From: Trichoplax sp. H2
Lineage: Eukaryota
Length of the DNA: 64,000 nt
Direction of reading: 5' to 3'
NCBI GenBank assembly: GCA_003344405.1
Contig: NOWV01000015.1
Location: 248,001-312,000 of the forward strand
In this document: piece by piece, positions 52,460-64,000 of the stretch
Position numbering within the stretch: position 1 is the first letter of the stretch
Layout of the letters: each line of letters starts with the position of its first letter
Made by a program: the position numbers and the translations under genes
The notes under the pieces: generated by a model
Seen by the model: the letters and a program-made list of their open reading frames with translations, nothing else
What the model was told of the DNA's origin: nothing
The model's database searches: none

Positions 52460-53491
52460 TTGCTTCTCTTTCTTCCTTATAAAATAACAGTATCTATCGC
52501 TCCAGAATACATGGTTAGTGGCATTTTTACAATTTTATCCAATGCAACATTATTAGCACTTATTCTATCAAGCAGAAGATTGAGGACTATACGCCATGTA
52601 ATTATTATGAGCACATTAGTTGCTGGAATTTTATTTGCTGCATCATACATAATCCCGCGATTTGCAATCCTGCTAACCAATGGAACCCTAAGCTTTCCTC
52701 GCGATTTTCGTTGCGGTATCCTGTCACGTATTGGACAATCATTATTTTTATGCTTAAATCTCCACCTATTAATCCACGTATTAGAAGTTTATATTCTAGT
52801 CGTTTATCCATTTCGCACTCAACAATGGTTGAGAAAGAAAATGATCACGATCATTTTAGTCGTTATTTGGTCTATTACTATTTTAATTCCGACGGTATTT
52901 CAGCTGTATTTCGAGCTGAAAGCAATTGCGGATACGCGTTTTAATGAATTAGCATGTGCACAAGTTTCTACAACCTTATTAACTGTTATTAGCTTATGTT
53001 TAGCTTTACTTTCATTTTCAATCTTAGTTGTATCATCAGTAGCTTATGCTCATGTCTTACATATCACTAATCGCGCTATTACAGAAACATATAAAGTATT
53101 AAATCGTCTTTCCATCAATTTTGATGAAGGTAATACTAAAGTTTCACGTCAGAAGAAAAAAATTTCTAACTTAAAATTAAGAATTAAAAGTGTATTTCAA
53201 GCCCTAGTATTTTATCTATTTTATCTATTATCCTTAACGCCATTTTTAATTCTGATTATTTATACTCAGTTTGCATATACCATCTATCTACTCCCATGGC
53301 CGTCGCAGCTTCGTGTAGTATTTCGTTATATACAATATATTGCTTTTTTCTTTCCAGCAATACAGCCAATTTTATTCCTTCTGTTTACTGCTGAATTTCG
53401 CAAAGAAATGAAATTATACGGAAAAAGAGTACCAGGAAGCACCTCTTTATCTAAAAGAGGGCTTTCAACGATGGGTGCATTTTCTACTTAA
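52460..53491 (+). CDS. Divergent rhodopsin-class (class A) 7TM GPCR; 5' end unresolved
   Basis: Seven hydrophobic segments. Landmarks: TM1 SN, IC1 RRLRT, Cys at the top of TM3, EVYILVVYPF (DRY-equivalent), TM4 Trp, ECL2 Cys, TM6 LSLTPF, TM7 IQPILF, helix-8 EFRKE. Confidence 0.88.
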   Translation: MLLFLPYKITVSIAPEYMVSGIFTILSNATLLALILSSRRLRTIRHVIIMSTLVAGILFAASYIIPRFAILLTNGTLSFPRDFRCGILSRIGQSLFLCLNLHLLIHVLEVYILVVYPFRTQQWLRKKMITIILVVIWSITILIPTVFQLYFELKAIADTRFNELACAQVSTTLLTVISLCLALLSFSILVVSSVAYAHVLHITNRAITETYKVLNRLSINFDEGNTKVSRQKKKISNLKLRIKSVFQALVFYLFYLLSLTPFLILIIYTQFAYTIYLLPWPSQLRVVFRYIQYIAFFFPAIQPILFLLFTAEFRKEMKLYGKRVPGSTSLSKRGLSTMGAFST

Positions 53492-54193
53492 TAATTAATT
53501 TATATAATTATTTCAAAGGATTCGTTGGTAGTAGCATTTAACGTTGATATGTTTGCAATGTCCATAAATTAATCTAGAAGAATTGCTAATTTAGTTATTA
53601 TGAAATGTTTCAAATGTTACATAGCTGAGCATATTACAAGTGCTATAATTAATCATTAAAGGGATTGTTAATGTATTGAAATAAACGGAAATTTTAGTAT
53701 TATTATTGAATTGTTATCTAATTTATTCAAATGGACTGCTAGATATTTATAAAATATTTAAAAATATATTAATTATCTCGCATATTATAGTTCATTTTTT
53801 TCTGACCATTCAGCTATTTCTCTTGTAATTTCTTCCATTTTATTTTTAATGGATCAATTTACTAATACAGACTTGACTTAATATAAATTTATCAGCATTA
53901 AATTATGAAACTTTCATAAAAACTCTTCTCCAACAATTTCATTTTTGAAGTTCTTATTGAAAATCTTTTAAAAGTAAGTTTAGAAAAACATTTGAATATT
54001 ATTTAAGTTTAGCAATTCTAGCTATGAAATCATCGTCGAAATTATTACTGTACTGTAGCTAATTCGATATAATGAGAGTATTAGTTAGCATAATATAATA
54101 AAGAATTATAACATCTATTTTTATCATAAAATCTAGCTGTTAGAGTATTTCCATTGTTTATAATAGATTTATTTTTAAGTGAAGCCCTTCTTC

Positions 54194-54819
54194 TGTTACG
54201 AGCTAGGAATAGCCCTAACTTGCAGCAAGGATTGAGAGAGTGACTTCTACCCTTTATTACTGTTATTCAGAATACCAGACAATTGATATTCCAAGACAGA
54301 TAGGGTTTAACATAGGGAAACCTTCAAGACTTACTAGAAAATAATAATCTAATTTATTGTCAGCGAACTCGCCGTTTATATATGTTTCAGACCTAAAACC
54401 GGTTTAGCTACGTAAGCTACTTAACTCATCTATAATAAATTAACCAAATTAATACCCTAAAGAGATTCTATCTGTACAGATTAGATACAACCTAATCCTA
54501 TTAAATTTACTGTAACAGTATTAAAATAATCAATGCTTATTAATCGTCTGACCGATACATATAAAGCTATCCTTTTAAGACATTTCCTCTAAACTTAGGA
54601 ATTATACTTTGAACCTTAACAACTTCGGAGGTGATAGATATAATCCACTTTAGCTGATTGGTAATTACTTTTTTATTCTATGTAATCTTAAATTAAGGAT
54701 ATAAACTATTAAGCTCTAAAATGACAATTAAGGAGACCGTAAAACATTTCTGAGATATAAACATATATAGAACGTAACATAGAAATAAAGCATACGTCAC
54801 AAAGATTGCTCTTGTAACA
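54194..54819 (-). mobile_element. Solo LTR family G (626 bp)
   Basis: TGTTAC...GTAACA inverted ends with perfect TSD TCTTC (54189-54193, 54820-54824). The minus strand has TATATAAAC (~54373-54381) then AATAAAGG (~54251-54258). Confidence 0.8.
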
Positions 54820-55308
54820 TCTTCATTCCTAAGTTATAATTGAAATAGATATGTTTTGGACTAACTTATCGGTAAACTCATGCCATTTGAATACCCTTAA
54901 ATAATCATTGCTTCAATATTCAAAATAAAAATCGTTCATAGCTTACGATAGATGATTGCAATCATATCTTGCTAACTTATTGTCGGGGTGTGAACTATCA
55001 TGAAGAGTTGAATAACTGAATTCAGTTAATTAACATTTATATATGGATATAACTATTGATGGCTTTCAGTAAGCATCACGGTAGTTATAATTTTATTATA
55101 GTATATTATGCTGTACTGTAGTAAGAGTTATTATATAGTTACCGATATTAAATTGATTATAGTACGCACTACGTCTTATTACGCTTGTGATTAATATCCT
55201 GCAGATCTTCACTTATAGATGATACCATAAATAACGCTAAAAATGGACACACAGTAGTCTAATTATCTAAAATCATTCGGTACATATCCACCATTATGAA
55301 TATCCCTC

Positions 55309-55581
55309 TGTAATGTAACTTAGTATCATAGCAATCATGATTGTAGACTGTTAGCCATGCTTAGTATAATCAGCGAAAGCAAAAGCAGATAATCTAATGT
55401 CACCTGCTTTCACTGCGAAGGCTACCGAGAGTGTAAAAGCAGGTGACATTAGATTATCTACTTTTGCTTTCTAGAAGTCTTTGAGTAGTTGTATTTGGCT
55501 AGAGTAGAGCTGTTAGTAGCTAGTCTTCGTATAATATTAATTTCTGTAACTTTGAAATTTTCATGATCGGACTTTATCACA
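55309..55581 (+). mobile_element. Internally deleted, diverged family-A LTR containing a 36-bp inverted repeat
   Basis: Both ends match the reverse complement of family A termini (TGTAATGTAACTTAG...TATCACA). Inverted arms at 55375-55410 and 55436-55471. No TSD. Confidence 0.75.
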
Positions 55582-56620
55582 AGAATCCACTTTTCTTCCC
55601 TCATAGCAACAGTCGAAAATGACTAAGATAAACCGGATAATCGACTTCGCCTCCATGTTAACAATTCCTTATTATCTAACAGTTATATTATGGTATATTA
55701 CACAAAAACACCGCCTTATATGCCGACTACTGCGGCTTTATACATACATAGTACGAATAGTATAAGCATAACGTTTCATCATCAGCAATCTTGAAACTAT
55801 TTTGTACTATAGTACTGTTCTTCTTAATGCTACGGTACATCAGTTACTACAGTAATTAGCTGAAACTGCTACACTCCTATAAATACTTTTTGGCATCATT
55901 TCTATAAATCTATTAATTTACGCTTATCTTTCATGTTCTTACTTGAAAAATTATTCTACTGTACATACTGACTGACATTATTTATGAATGCAAATTATGG
56001 AAATCCTTATAAACCGGGGTATTTGGTAAATCTAGAAGTTACAACAATCTCTTCAGATATTTATTTGCATAAGTAATATTTTACCTATATCATGAGTTCT
56101 GGCTAGCAAAAAAATATGCTAGGATATTGTAATGAGCTGAATACCATGAACATTTTCAAATATAGCGTACATTGAAGATATTAGGTTAATCTTTTTTTAT
56201 TTGTAAATGATTTTCAATCCGCAGTTTTCGAAATTTCTTAGCACCCTATATTACACATCTACTCGTAGCCGATAATTTAGACATTGTTAGCATTAGTAAC
56301 TACGAATCACGATATTCCAAATCCTCTGTAACTGCATATAATTCTACATCCGCAATCTGTAATTTCTCGATTAATATTGAAAATTTTAAATAATAATTAA
56401 AATAGAAGTAAAGCACAGAGAATTTGAAAAGAATTCTCTTTCAGCGACATCTTATGTCATACGCAACAGGTAAATTCTAATACTTTACAGCAAATTTCTG
56501 GTGCCTATAGTATTTTATGAAGTTTAAATGACTTGATCATTATAAAATTTTTTCTCGAAATTTACAATTCTTAAGCTTCTGATCCATTAGTACTACGTCT
56601 AAATTCTTAACATTAGTCCA

Positions 56621-59600
56621 TCATGTCGATACTTTGCCAGCACGTTTAATGATTCGTTCGCTATAATCCACGTAAAATAGATAACTTATGGATTAGTATA
56701 CAACATTAAATCACTTCAATGAAGCATGCAGTTAGTATGCGTAAAATAGGTCGAAAACTATAGAATTATTTCCAAATCTGATTAATGATGGGCTTAATAA
56801 TCGGTAATTTAAAGTAATAATTTATTGCTTTTCATATCAATATAGATTAAGGAAGCTCATATGTCCTACGACATTTATCCTAACTCACTTCTTTTCGGCA
56901 ATAATTTGATTTAGCGCAAAACGCTTTGAGTTTGCATCACCGTTGCGCTTGGATGTTTGACCTCGTGTCTTATCAAGAATACTCAAGTCTCTCAATTTCT
57001 CCAAGTGTTCCAAACGCCTTGCATCGAGTATTCTCTAAATGTAACAAGGATATGCTTAGAACGTAGTCAAAGTAGGTGCAGACATTTAAATTGAGCTTAC
57101 CTTCTCTTCAAACAGCTCCTGTCCTCGGCGAGTTTTGGCATTAACTAATGTTATATCAGGATCGGCTACTCTTTGGGTGGCACGTAATCGTTCTAAACAT
57201 CGATTAAAGTAGCCAGTAAATCAATAAGTAAATGAATAAATCAGTAGATTTTTGAAAACGAAACATCATTATGGAACAAAGATTGACCATCTTGGATATT
57301 TACCGGATTTCTTATCCATCAATTTCTGTTTTAATTCATTAACTTGCTTATCATTAATTTCTTGACGTATGGTCAAGTTCTTTGTTCGTTCTAATCTGTT
57401 TTATGATTGGAGGTTATATTTTGGATTACTCAAATATCCAAGGTAAAATCAGTACTTAATCTTTAATTAATCAGATAAAATCATGTCCTTTATATGTTCA
57501 TTATCTATACATATGAGGATATCATTTATTAGTAGAGAATGGATGTCCGTAGATTTTGATGTAATATTCAATAGTACATAGCTAATCATTGTCTTAATAC
57601 GCAATAAATCGAATGCTTACTTCAATGCTGCTTGGCGCGTTTGCTCCATACGATGTTTTGAAATAGTTTCTAATTTTTCAATCAACATCTGATCTTTTTG
57701 CTAATGATTACAAAATAATTCATCAGTTGGTGAAGTAAACAAGTCTTAGCAATTAAATATACAAAAAGTAAATAGAATATTATTTTGTCTAATTCAGTAA
57801 TCATAAATATTATTGAAATTACCCTTTTCGACTCTAAGATCTCGTCTCTCTTCTTTTCTTCATCTTCTTGTTTTGCGATTTTCATTAATGTTAACCGTTC
57901 GCGTAACTGCAATTCAAAAGCCATTAGTTAATGCGCATTTTTCTCATTCATACGGTAATATTTCAATACATTTACACAGTAGCTCTTACCTCAGCAATGG
58001 ACATATCGTTCAAGAAACCAGGACTATTTGTTTCAGTAATATCGAAAAACTAAAATTGAAGGAAAGAAAACTTTTACATTAGATCATGAGCAGGGCAAAG
58101 AGAGACGAGTTTAAATTAATCTTAAGTAATTACAGCAAAATAAAAATTTTTGAGATCTACAATCAGGCCATTGATGGTTATAGCTAACGATTTAAGTCTG
58201 TGTGAAAAATAAATGTTAAAATGATTCCCTATAAAAGGTAAAGTAGCTTGAACTATCATGCAGTTTATACAGCTTGCTGTAACCTTTATTTACAGCTAAA
58301 AAATAGAAAATAAGAAACAAACAGATTCTTTCTGTAGGTAATACTCTAGAAATCTGCCTAGGATAGATTATTAAGTCCATATTATTATTTGCAAGAATTT
58401 TTTTAGAAACTCTGACCAACTAAAGTAGTACTATTTCAATTTGACATTGTGGTTGAGAATTAATATAAACGCCTAACGAAATAATGCATTATAGTGTTAC
58501 CTTAGTCCTAATAATCGGAACGCTTTCCATGGCCTTAATCTGTTGTATTAGTTCTATTTTTCTCTTCATTTCTTGTTCAGCCTGCAGCATGAATAAGATA
58601 TTTAAAGTCAACATTGAATTTATCAACATTTAAAGCTAAACATTAGCAGAAGCGATCAATAATGACCATTAATTAATTCTTTATAAAGATTTTAGCTTAC
58701 CTCTTCTAAAGCTTTTCTCATCAGCTCCTGGCTCTCTTTATTAACTTCTCGTACTAAAGGCGAAAGATAAGTAAATTCAATATCTTAGACATGCTATGCA
58801 AAGATACTCATCTGAATAACCGGATAGACCTGTTAGAATAAACTGCAGTAAAACGCAAGGTCGATTACCTAGACTTTGTTTATATTCCTGTAGCTTGATT
58901 TTGGCCTCTTTGACGTTCTTTTTATCCATAATTGTATTTTCAACTAAAGTTCTAATTGTGCATAAAAGAAATAAAACCATCTTAACGCCAAATAAAGTAA
59001 ACCATTATTAGAAATCTTTTTAATGCTATTATATTTTCCGCTTTCTTATCAGCTTATATTAATCGCAAACTAGAAAGCTAGTCTAGATATCAAACCTCAT
59101 TTCCGCCTCCTCTTTCAGTCTCTGCTGTAAGTATTGCTGCATCATTTCTTCAGTCTATTATAATTGTCAATAAATCCAGAAGAGAAGCACTAAACTTCGT
59201 GCTTTCCGATATAAATTTTGAAATTGATTTTGCTAATACCTCCACTTTTAATGCTTGAACAGTCTCTCGGTTTTCTTTAATTTTATTTTGCCTAGCTAAA
59301 ATGGCCTCTTCATGGCTTATCCTTCCTTCCTGCGTTAAAGATAATAGACATTTCGAATATTAAAAAGTTTCAAGCGTTATAGAAACTTTACATATACTTA
59401 CCAAACGCTTTCTCTCGATTTCAGCAAGCTTTTCCTGAAGATCTCGCTAATTATAATAAAAATGATTAAAATCAAATTCCATGATGTAAGAATACTATAC
59501 GGGTTCTGTTATCATGTATATGCATTATATACAAATTAGCTCTTAGCAGAGCTTATGAGTTCATAAATAAAGACTAACTACCTCAACAAAATAAATTAGG

Positions 59601-62298
59601 ACCTAATTTCATTTCATTCTATGTCGAAAATGTTCAAATTTACAGGACTGAATTTTTTTAATTTCATTCTATTACCTCTCTCATGGAAGCCTGCCACTCT
59701 AAAAATTCTGATTCATCCTTTTGACCAGCTTCTAATTCCGCAAGCCTATGGGATAAGTACCAATATTCTAAGCTCAGTTTGTAGACTAAACACCCGTCTT
59801 ATATTTGAAAAATTGTTCTAAAAAATTTGAATTGATTGTCTTTGCTTATATACGTGCATACTTCTTAATTTCTTCTTCTTCTTTTTTGCCTATCAGCGCT
59901 CCTTCTCGTAAGATAGTAGCGGCGTTTAGTTTTACAGGAATCGCATTCTCCTAATTTTAACGTAATATAAACCCGCGTATAAACGATTCCTTACGGATTA
60001 ACAATATTATTTGTCTGAAATTAACTTAGAACGAATAAGAGCCCGTACTCCACTCAGATATACTAACCGTAATTTCGGCAGTTCGCCTATTATATTTCCT
60101 GTTGAAATTCAACCTACAAGAATTTGAATTTTTATCAAAAATTAAGAGCTATGGATCCTTTATGTTATAACAACGGCGAAAAGTTATTTAATAGATGGTA
60201 TCACATGGAAAATATGTTATTTCTAGATATACACTCGTACATCCTAGCTATAAAGCTATATAAAAAACTAGTACTAACATCAAAAATAGCTTACTGTGAT
60301 TCTTCCTGCAGTTGCAATTCTTGCATTTTTTTCTGTAAATATAAGAAACAATAGTAAGAGTTAAGTTACAATTATTGTATATCATAACCAAGTAGTAAAG
60401 AAGCAAAATTAGAAATTTATACACAGTATTACCTTGAATTTAGTTGATTTAGTTGTATCACTACACTTTGGCTTTGTCTTATTAATTTTCTTAAGACTTT
60501 CCTAATTCAGAAGATATTTGTGAATTAAAATTTATCGAACTGTAAATTAGATCGATAAGAAAAGCGTTAAATTGCTAACTTTAAATCGATCATTACCTCT
60601 GATTTCTTCTTATTTTCAGTTTTAATCTGACTCAGTTGGTTCTGGACCGAAGGCGGTTTATATGTACTGGCAGGCACTGATTTATGCTTCGGCATAACTG
60701 GAATCTGAAAGTAAGAATTCAACTATAATGAGCGCATATTTTATCAAACGTAAATAAGAAAAAGTAGTCCCATATTTTTCTTTGTTATCATAGCATTAAT
60801 ATAGGGTGTAAATGTAAATAAGGCAGATAAATTACCTTCTCAGGAGACATTATCACTTTTGGCCTTGGTTTGGTAATCTGAAATGGCTTTGATTCTGTAA
60901 TTTAAAGTTTTATCAGATAATGCTATCTACCACATTTTAGTAGTATAAAAAGTGTTCATAACCAAACCTGTAGGAGGCTTCTTAGCTTGCTTAGGGATTT
61001 CCACCTTTTCAATTCTACTTTTCAACTTCTTTATAATTTCTCGAACTTTTGGAAGGCGCCTAATGAAATAACAGTTGAGATCAATTTAGTTTTTATCCAT
61101 TGTAGATGAATTTAAATTTCATGCATTAGAAATCGTAAGCAAATTCATACAATTAATTTATATCCCAAGTCTTACTTTAGCATTGGAGCAACCAGTTCTT
61201 CCTGAACATAGTCTGGATCGTAAGTTTTACTCCACTATAGGAAAAATACATTCATTCAATTTTAGCTAGCTGATATAGCACTACAGGTTATCAGCGGCAT
61301 TAGAGGAAGAATACAAGTAATCGTCCGACTACTATTTAGGCTAGATTACTATTAAAAATTTTGGCTAGCATAATATTTGCTTATAGTGGTAGTTATTTAG
61401 AAATTGAACTCATACGGAATAAATACCTCATCACATAGCCAAGTATTGATATAAGTTTCGTTGAATAAATAAGTTAGAAACTGAAGCAAATAAAAAGAAA
61501 TCAAGATTAGCCTGTTTAACGAAGAGTGTTGAAAGGAAAATCATTAAATGGAATTACTTTCATCATCTTGTATGGATCTTGTGACATGACCAACTTTGAA
61601 TAAGTGCTTATACCGATTTCATTCATTCTGAAGCACGCAATATAACATAACGCTAGATAGCAATTATTAGAAAATGATACGAAAAGTTTAGTAGAGTCTA
61701 ATCTCATAAAGAATAGTATAAAATGAAACACATGATCGCACGTTCTGCTACTACCTTTGAACAAGTTTTGATAAGCTCTTAGACATGTTTTGCCCTCTTT
61801 TAAGTAAAAGCGATCAATCGTTACCTATACAAAACATAAATGATATTTAATCGGCATTACTTGGTCCTATGATAAGCTTTAAACTTATTCATAGCAGAAT
61901 GATCAAGTGAAATTGGAGTTTTCGATACTTAAATCTCTCAATTTTAATGATTAAACCTACATCTAATATTCTTCTATGCCTGACACAACCAGAAAATACT
62001 TCTATAACGAAAATCTTGTCCACTTCGGCTAGTTCCTGTAGCAAATTGATAGAGTCAGAGCAGAAATAACACTTTATAGATGTATTGTATCATATTCTTG
62101 ATGAAAGTCCGACATCAAACTATTTAACACCAAGGAGACAGATCGCCATTATCCCCATTTAACGAATTTTTACTATCATCAGCAACTTACCGTATGTTCA
62201 TCAAAATAATTAGTAGCATGCTCATCAACTCCTTCCAATCCAGGATTAAATGTGTCCAAAATATCGACTGTGTATTCCAAAAGAATCTTATGATTCAT
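56621..62298 (-). CDS. CFAP99: Cilia- and flagella-associated protein 99-like, 26-27 exons, ~666-678 aa
   Basis: Hand-spliced GT-AG exons in consistent phase: 62298-62191, 62035-61961, 61824-61755, 61652-61558, 61480-61427, 61234-61176, 61059-60968, 60894-60836, 60704-60597, 60501-60433, 60332-60295, 60113-60068, 59950-59862, 59745-59676, 59446-59402, 59329-59240, 59154-59096, 58951-58869, 58753-58701, 58581-58501, 58049-57990, 57906-57823, 57700-57621, 57395-57304, 57192-57101, 57034-56885/56889, optional 56660-56621. Peptides FVIEVFSGC, LCYIACF, WLCDEWSKTYDP, IPVKLNAATILREGAL, EFLEWQ, ISHEEAILARQ and MSIAELRERL match CFAP99 motifs as I recall them. Confidence 0.9.
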
Positions 62299-64000
62299 AA
62301 TTACTTGAAATCAAAGTATACCGGTTGGTTTTCAATGTCGTTGGTGAATTCTTTTAGAGGAATGAACGCTTATTTTATGAATGCTTTAAATCATAAGAAT
62401 AAATAAAATCAGCAATGATATGTTCTACTATGATTTTCAAAGCCGATTTTATCCAAAAAGGTAGAAAATATGTTGATGCGTAAATCAAGTTATGGATGGC
62501 AGACTTTCAAACAAGCTAACAGCTACTATATTTGTTTGAGGCAGTTATATAATTTGTTTAGGCGCTTTAACACCAGCCAATCGGTTGTAGCATCAATTAA
62601 ATGTATAGTAAACTCTTATAATATACGAAAGTATGTTTTGAAGGCAGGCTATTCACTTTTATATTCATTGGTCTACATATCACGTCACAATCATTCGGCT
62701 AAGACTTGAGTAATGGTCTAATGACGAAACGTTATTACCATAGCAACCATAATAACAAAATTGGCCATCAATTCTTCATCTATATTTTGTATGGCTTCTA
62801 CTAAAAATAATAACCTAATTTACATAGCAGGCTGTAGCCTTCATAGCCAACTAGACTTGCACTCAATTTACTAAAACATCATACGAAATAGTCTATGAAT
62901 CAAATTTATAGCTGGCTGATTATGGAAGCCCCACGAGCAAAGCGAGGCAGCAAACGTGAAATTAATATGCTATTAATTCCTCGCTTTATTTATTATGAAC
63001 ATGGCACACACCACTAGTGACAAAGTAGTCTACACACGCCAATCCTTGCGGAGAACGCCACTTACTAACTTAAAGAGGCGAGATTAGCTATATCACCAAA
63101 TAATTCAGTTTCAACGACCGAAAACTATGGTATAATTATAGCGTCACAGATGATGTAGACGAGATAGTCAGAGCTTCACTATCATTTATTACTGAAGGAA
63201 TCTTGGCACCCAAGATTATGGTCTTTACAATTAAATATCAATTGAAAAACTAGTTGACTATCCAACCGACTAACTAACTAAAAAGGAATCTTCAGGCACC
63301 AGCCTTATATAGTCTCGTCAGAAACTCCTGGTTAACAGAACAGAATAATTTAAGCTCCGCTAGGCAGTGAAACTATCCAGTATCTTCCAATAGCAATAGG
63401 CTGGAGCAATAAATATGGAAAATACTCAGGAAATTTTTATTCTATCCTAATTAATCTTCCACAGACAAGCATTATTTTGCAAGTCTGAGCGTATTTTTAG
63501 TATCCATGTACGCTTGCTATTGAGTAGTTTGAGTACGAACAGGTTATTTGGTGTTATGCGATTACTGATTATTGCATCAAAAGTTAAAGTCTGAAAGTAA
63601 AATCGCGTCTTGTTAAACTAATCTTGCGCAAATAAGCATCATTTAGCTAGCTTAATTACCGGTATATTTTTAGTATCCATGAATGCTCATCATTTAAATA
63701 GTTTGGGTAAGAATAGCTAATTACCTCAGTTCTATCAACACCAATTATGGTAAATTCGGTATGAAACCTTTAATATATGTAAGCGTTAGACTCAACTGCT
63801 GTATAGTAGTATTATATCAATATCGATCTAGCTCTAAATCAGCATAGAATATAGTCAGCTTTTGTACTTCTACGACTGTTTATTAAGCAAGCTTTTCAAA
63901 ACATTCTATCAAATCGGATAACACATAATTTTAATTTCAAGGCCAAAGTACAAAGAGCTCATGAATATTAAACTTATATTCGGTCATACTTATCCAGTGA

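Noticed and set aside
57682-61764. Short ORFs 57682-57924, 58777-58980 and 61516-61764 as independent genes
   Set aside because: They are single CFAP99 exons read through into flanking introns.
62990-63340. LTR-like composition with a minus-strand TATATAAGG
   Set aside because: No defined termini or TSD.

Overview
AT-rich (~30% GC by eye) eukaryotic genomic DNA, most consistent with a compact animal genome such as the placozoan Trichoplax (inferred from short GT-AG introns, intronless 42-aa-TPR gene expansions and a divergent intronless GPCR; not verified). The window has four parts. (1) A ~32-kb birth-and-death cluster of 42-aa TPR solenoid genes with intronless coding regions: four intact ORFs (558, 1428, 723, 741 aa) and three decayed paralogs. 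The intact proteins and the one full-length pseudogene share an N-terminal module, two proteins carry an N-myristoylation-like start, and the canonical TPR Asn-Asn pair is largely replaced by a hypervariable dipeptide. (2) At least five unrelated families of LTR-like elements (TG...CA ends, 5-bp target-site duplications, TATA-like box, mostly with AATAAA), several nested in one another. One has both filled and empty alleles assembled side by side between two N gaps, and one copy carries a 36-bp foldback. (3) A divergent rhodopsin-class GPCR whose start codon is unresolved. (4) A 26-27-exon minus-strand gene missed by the ORF track that reads as CFAP99. A ~236-bp x4 tandem array appears to be a decayed coding repeat. 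No rRNA, tRNA or CRISPR array was seen.
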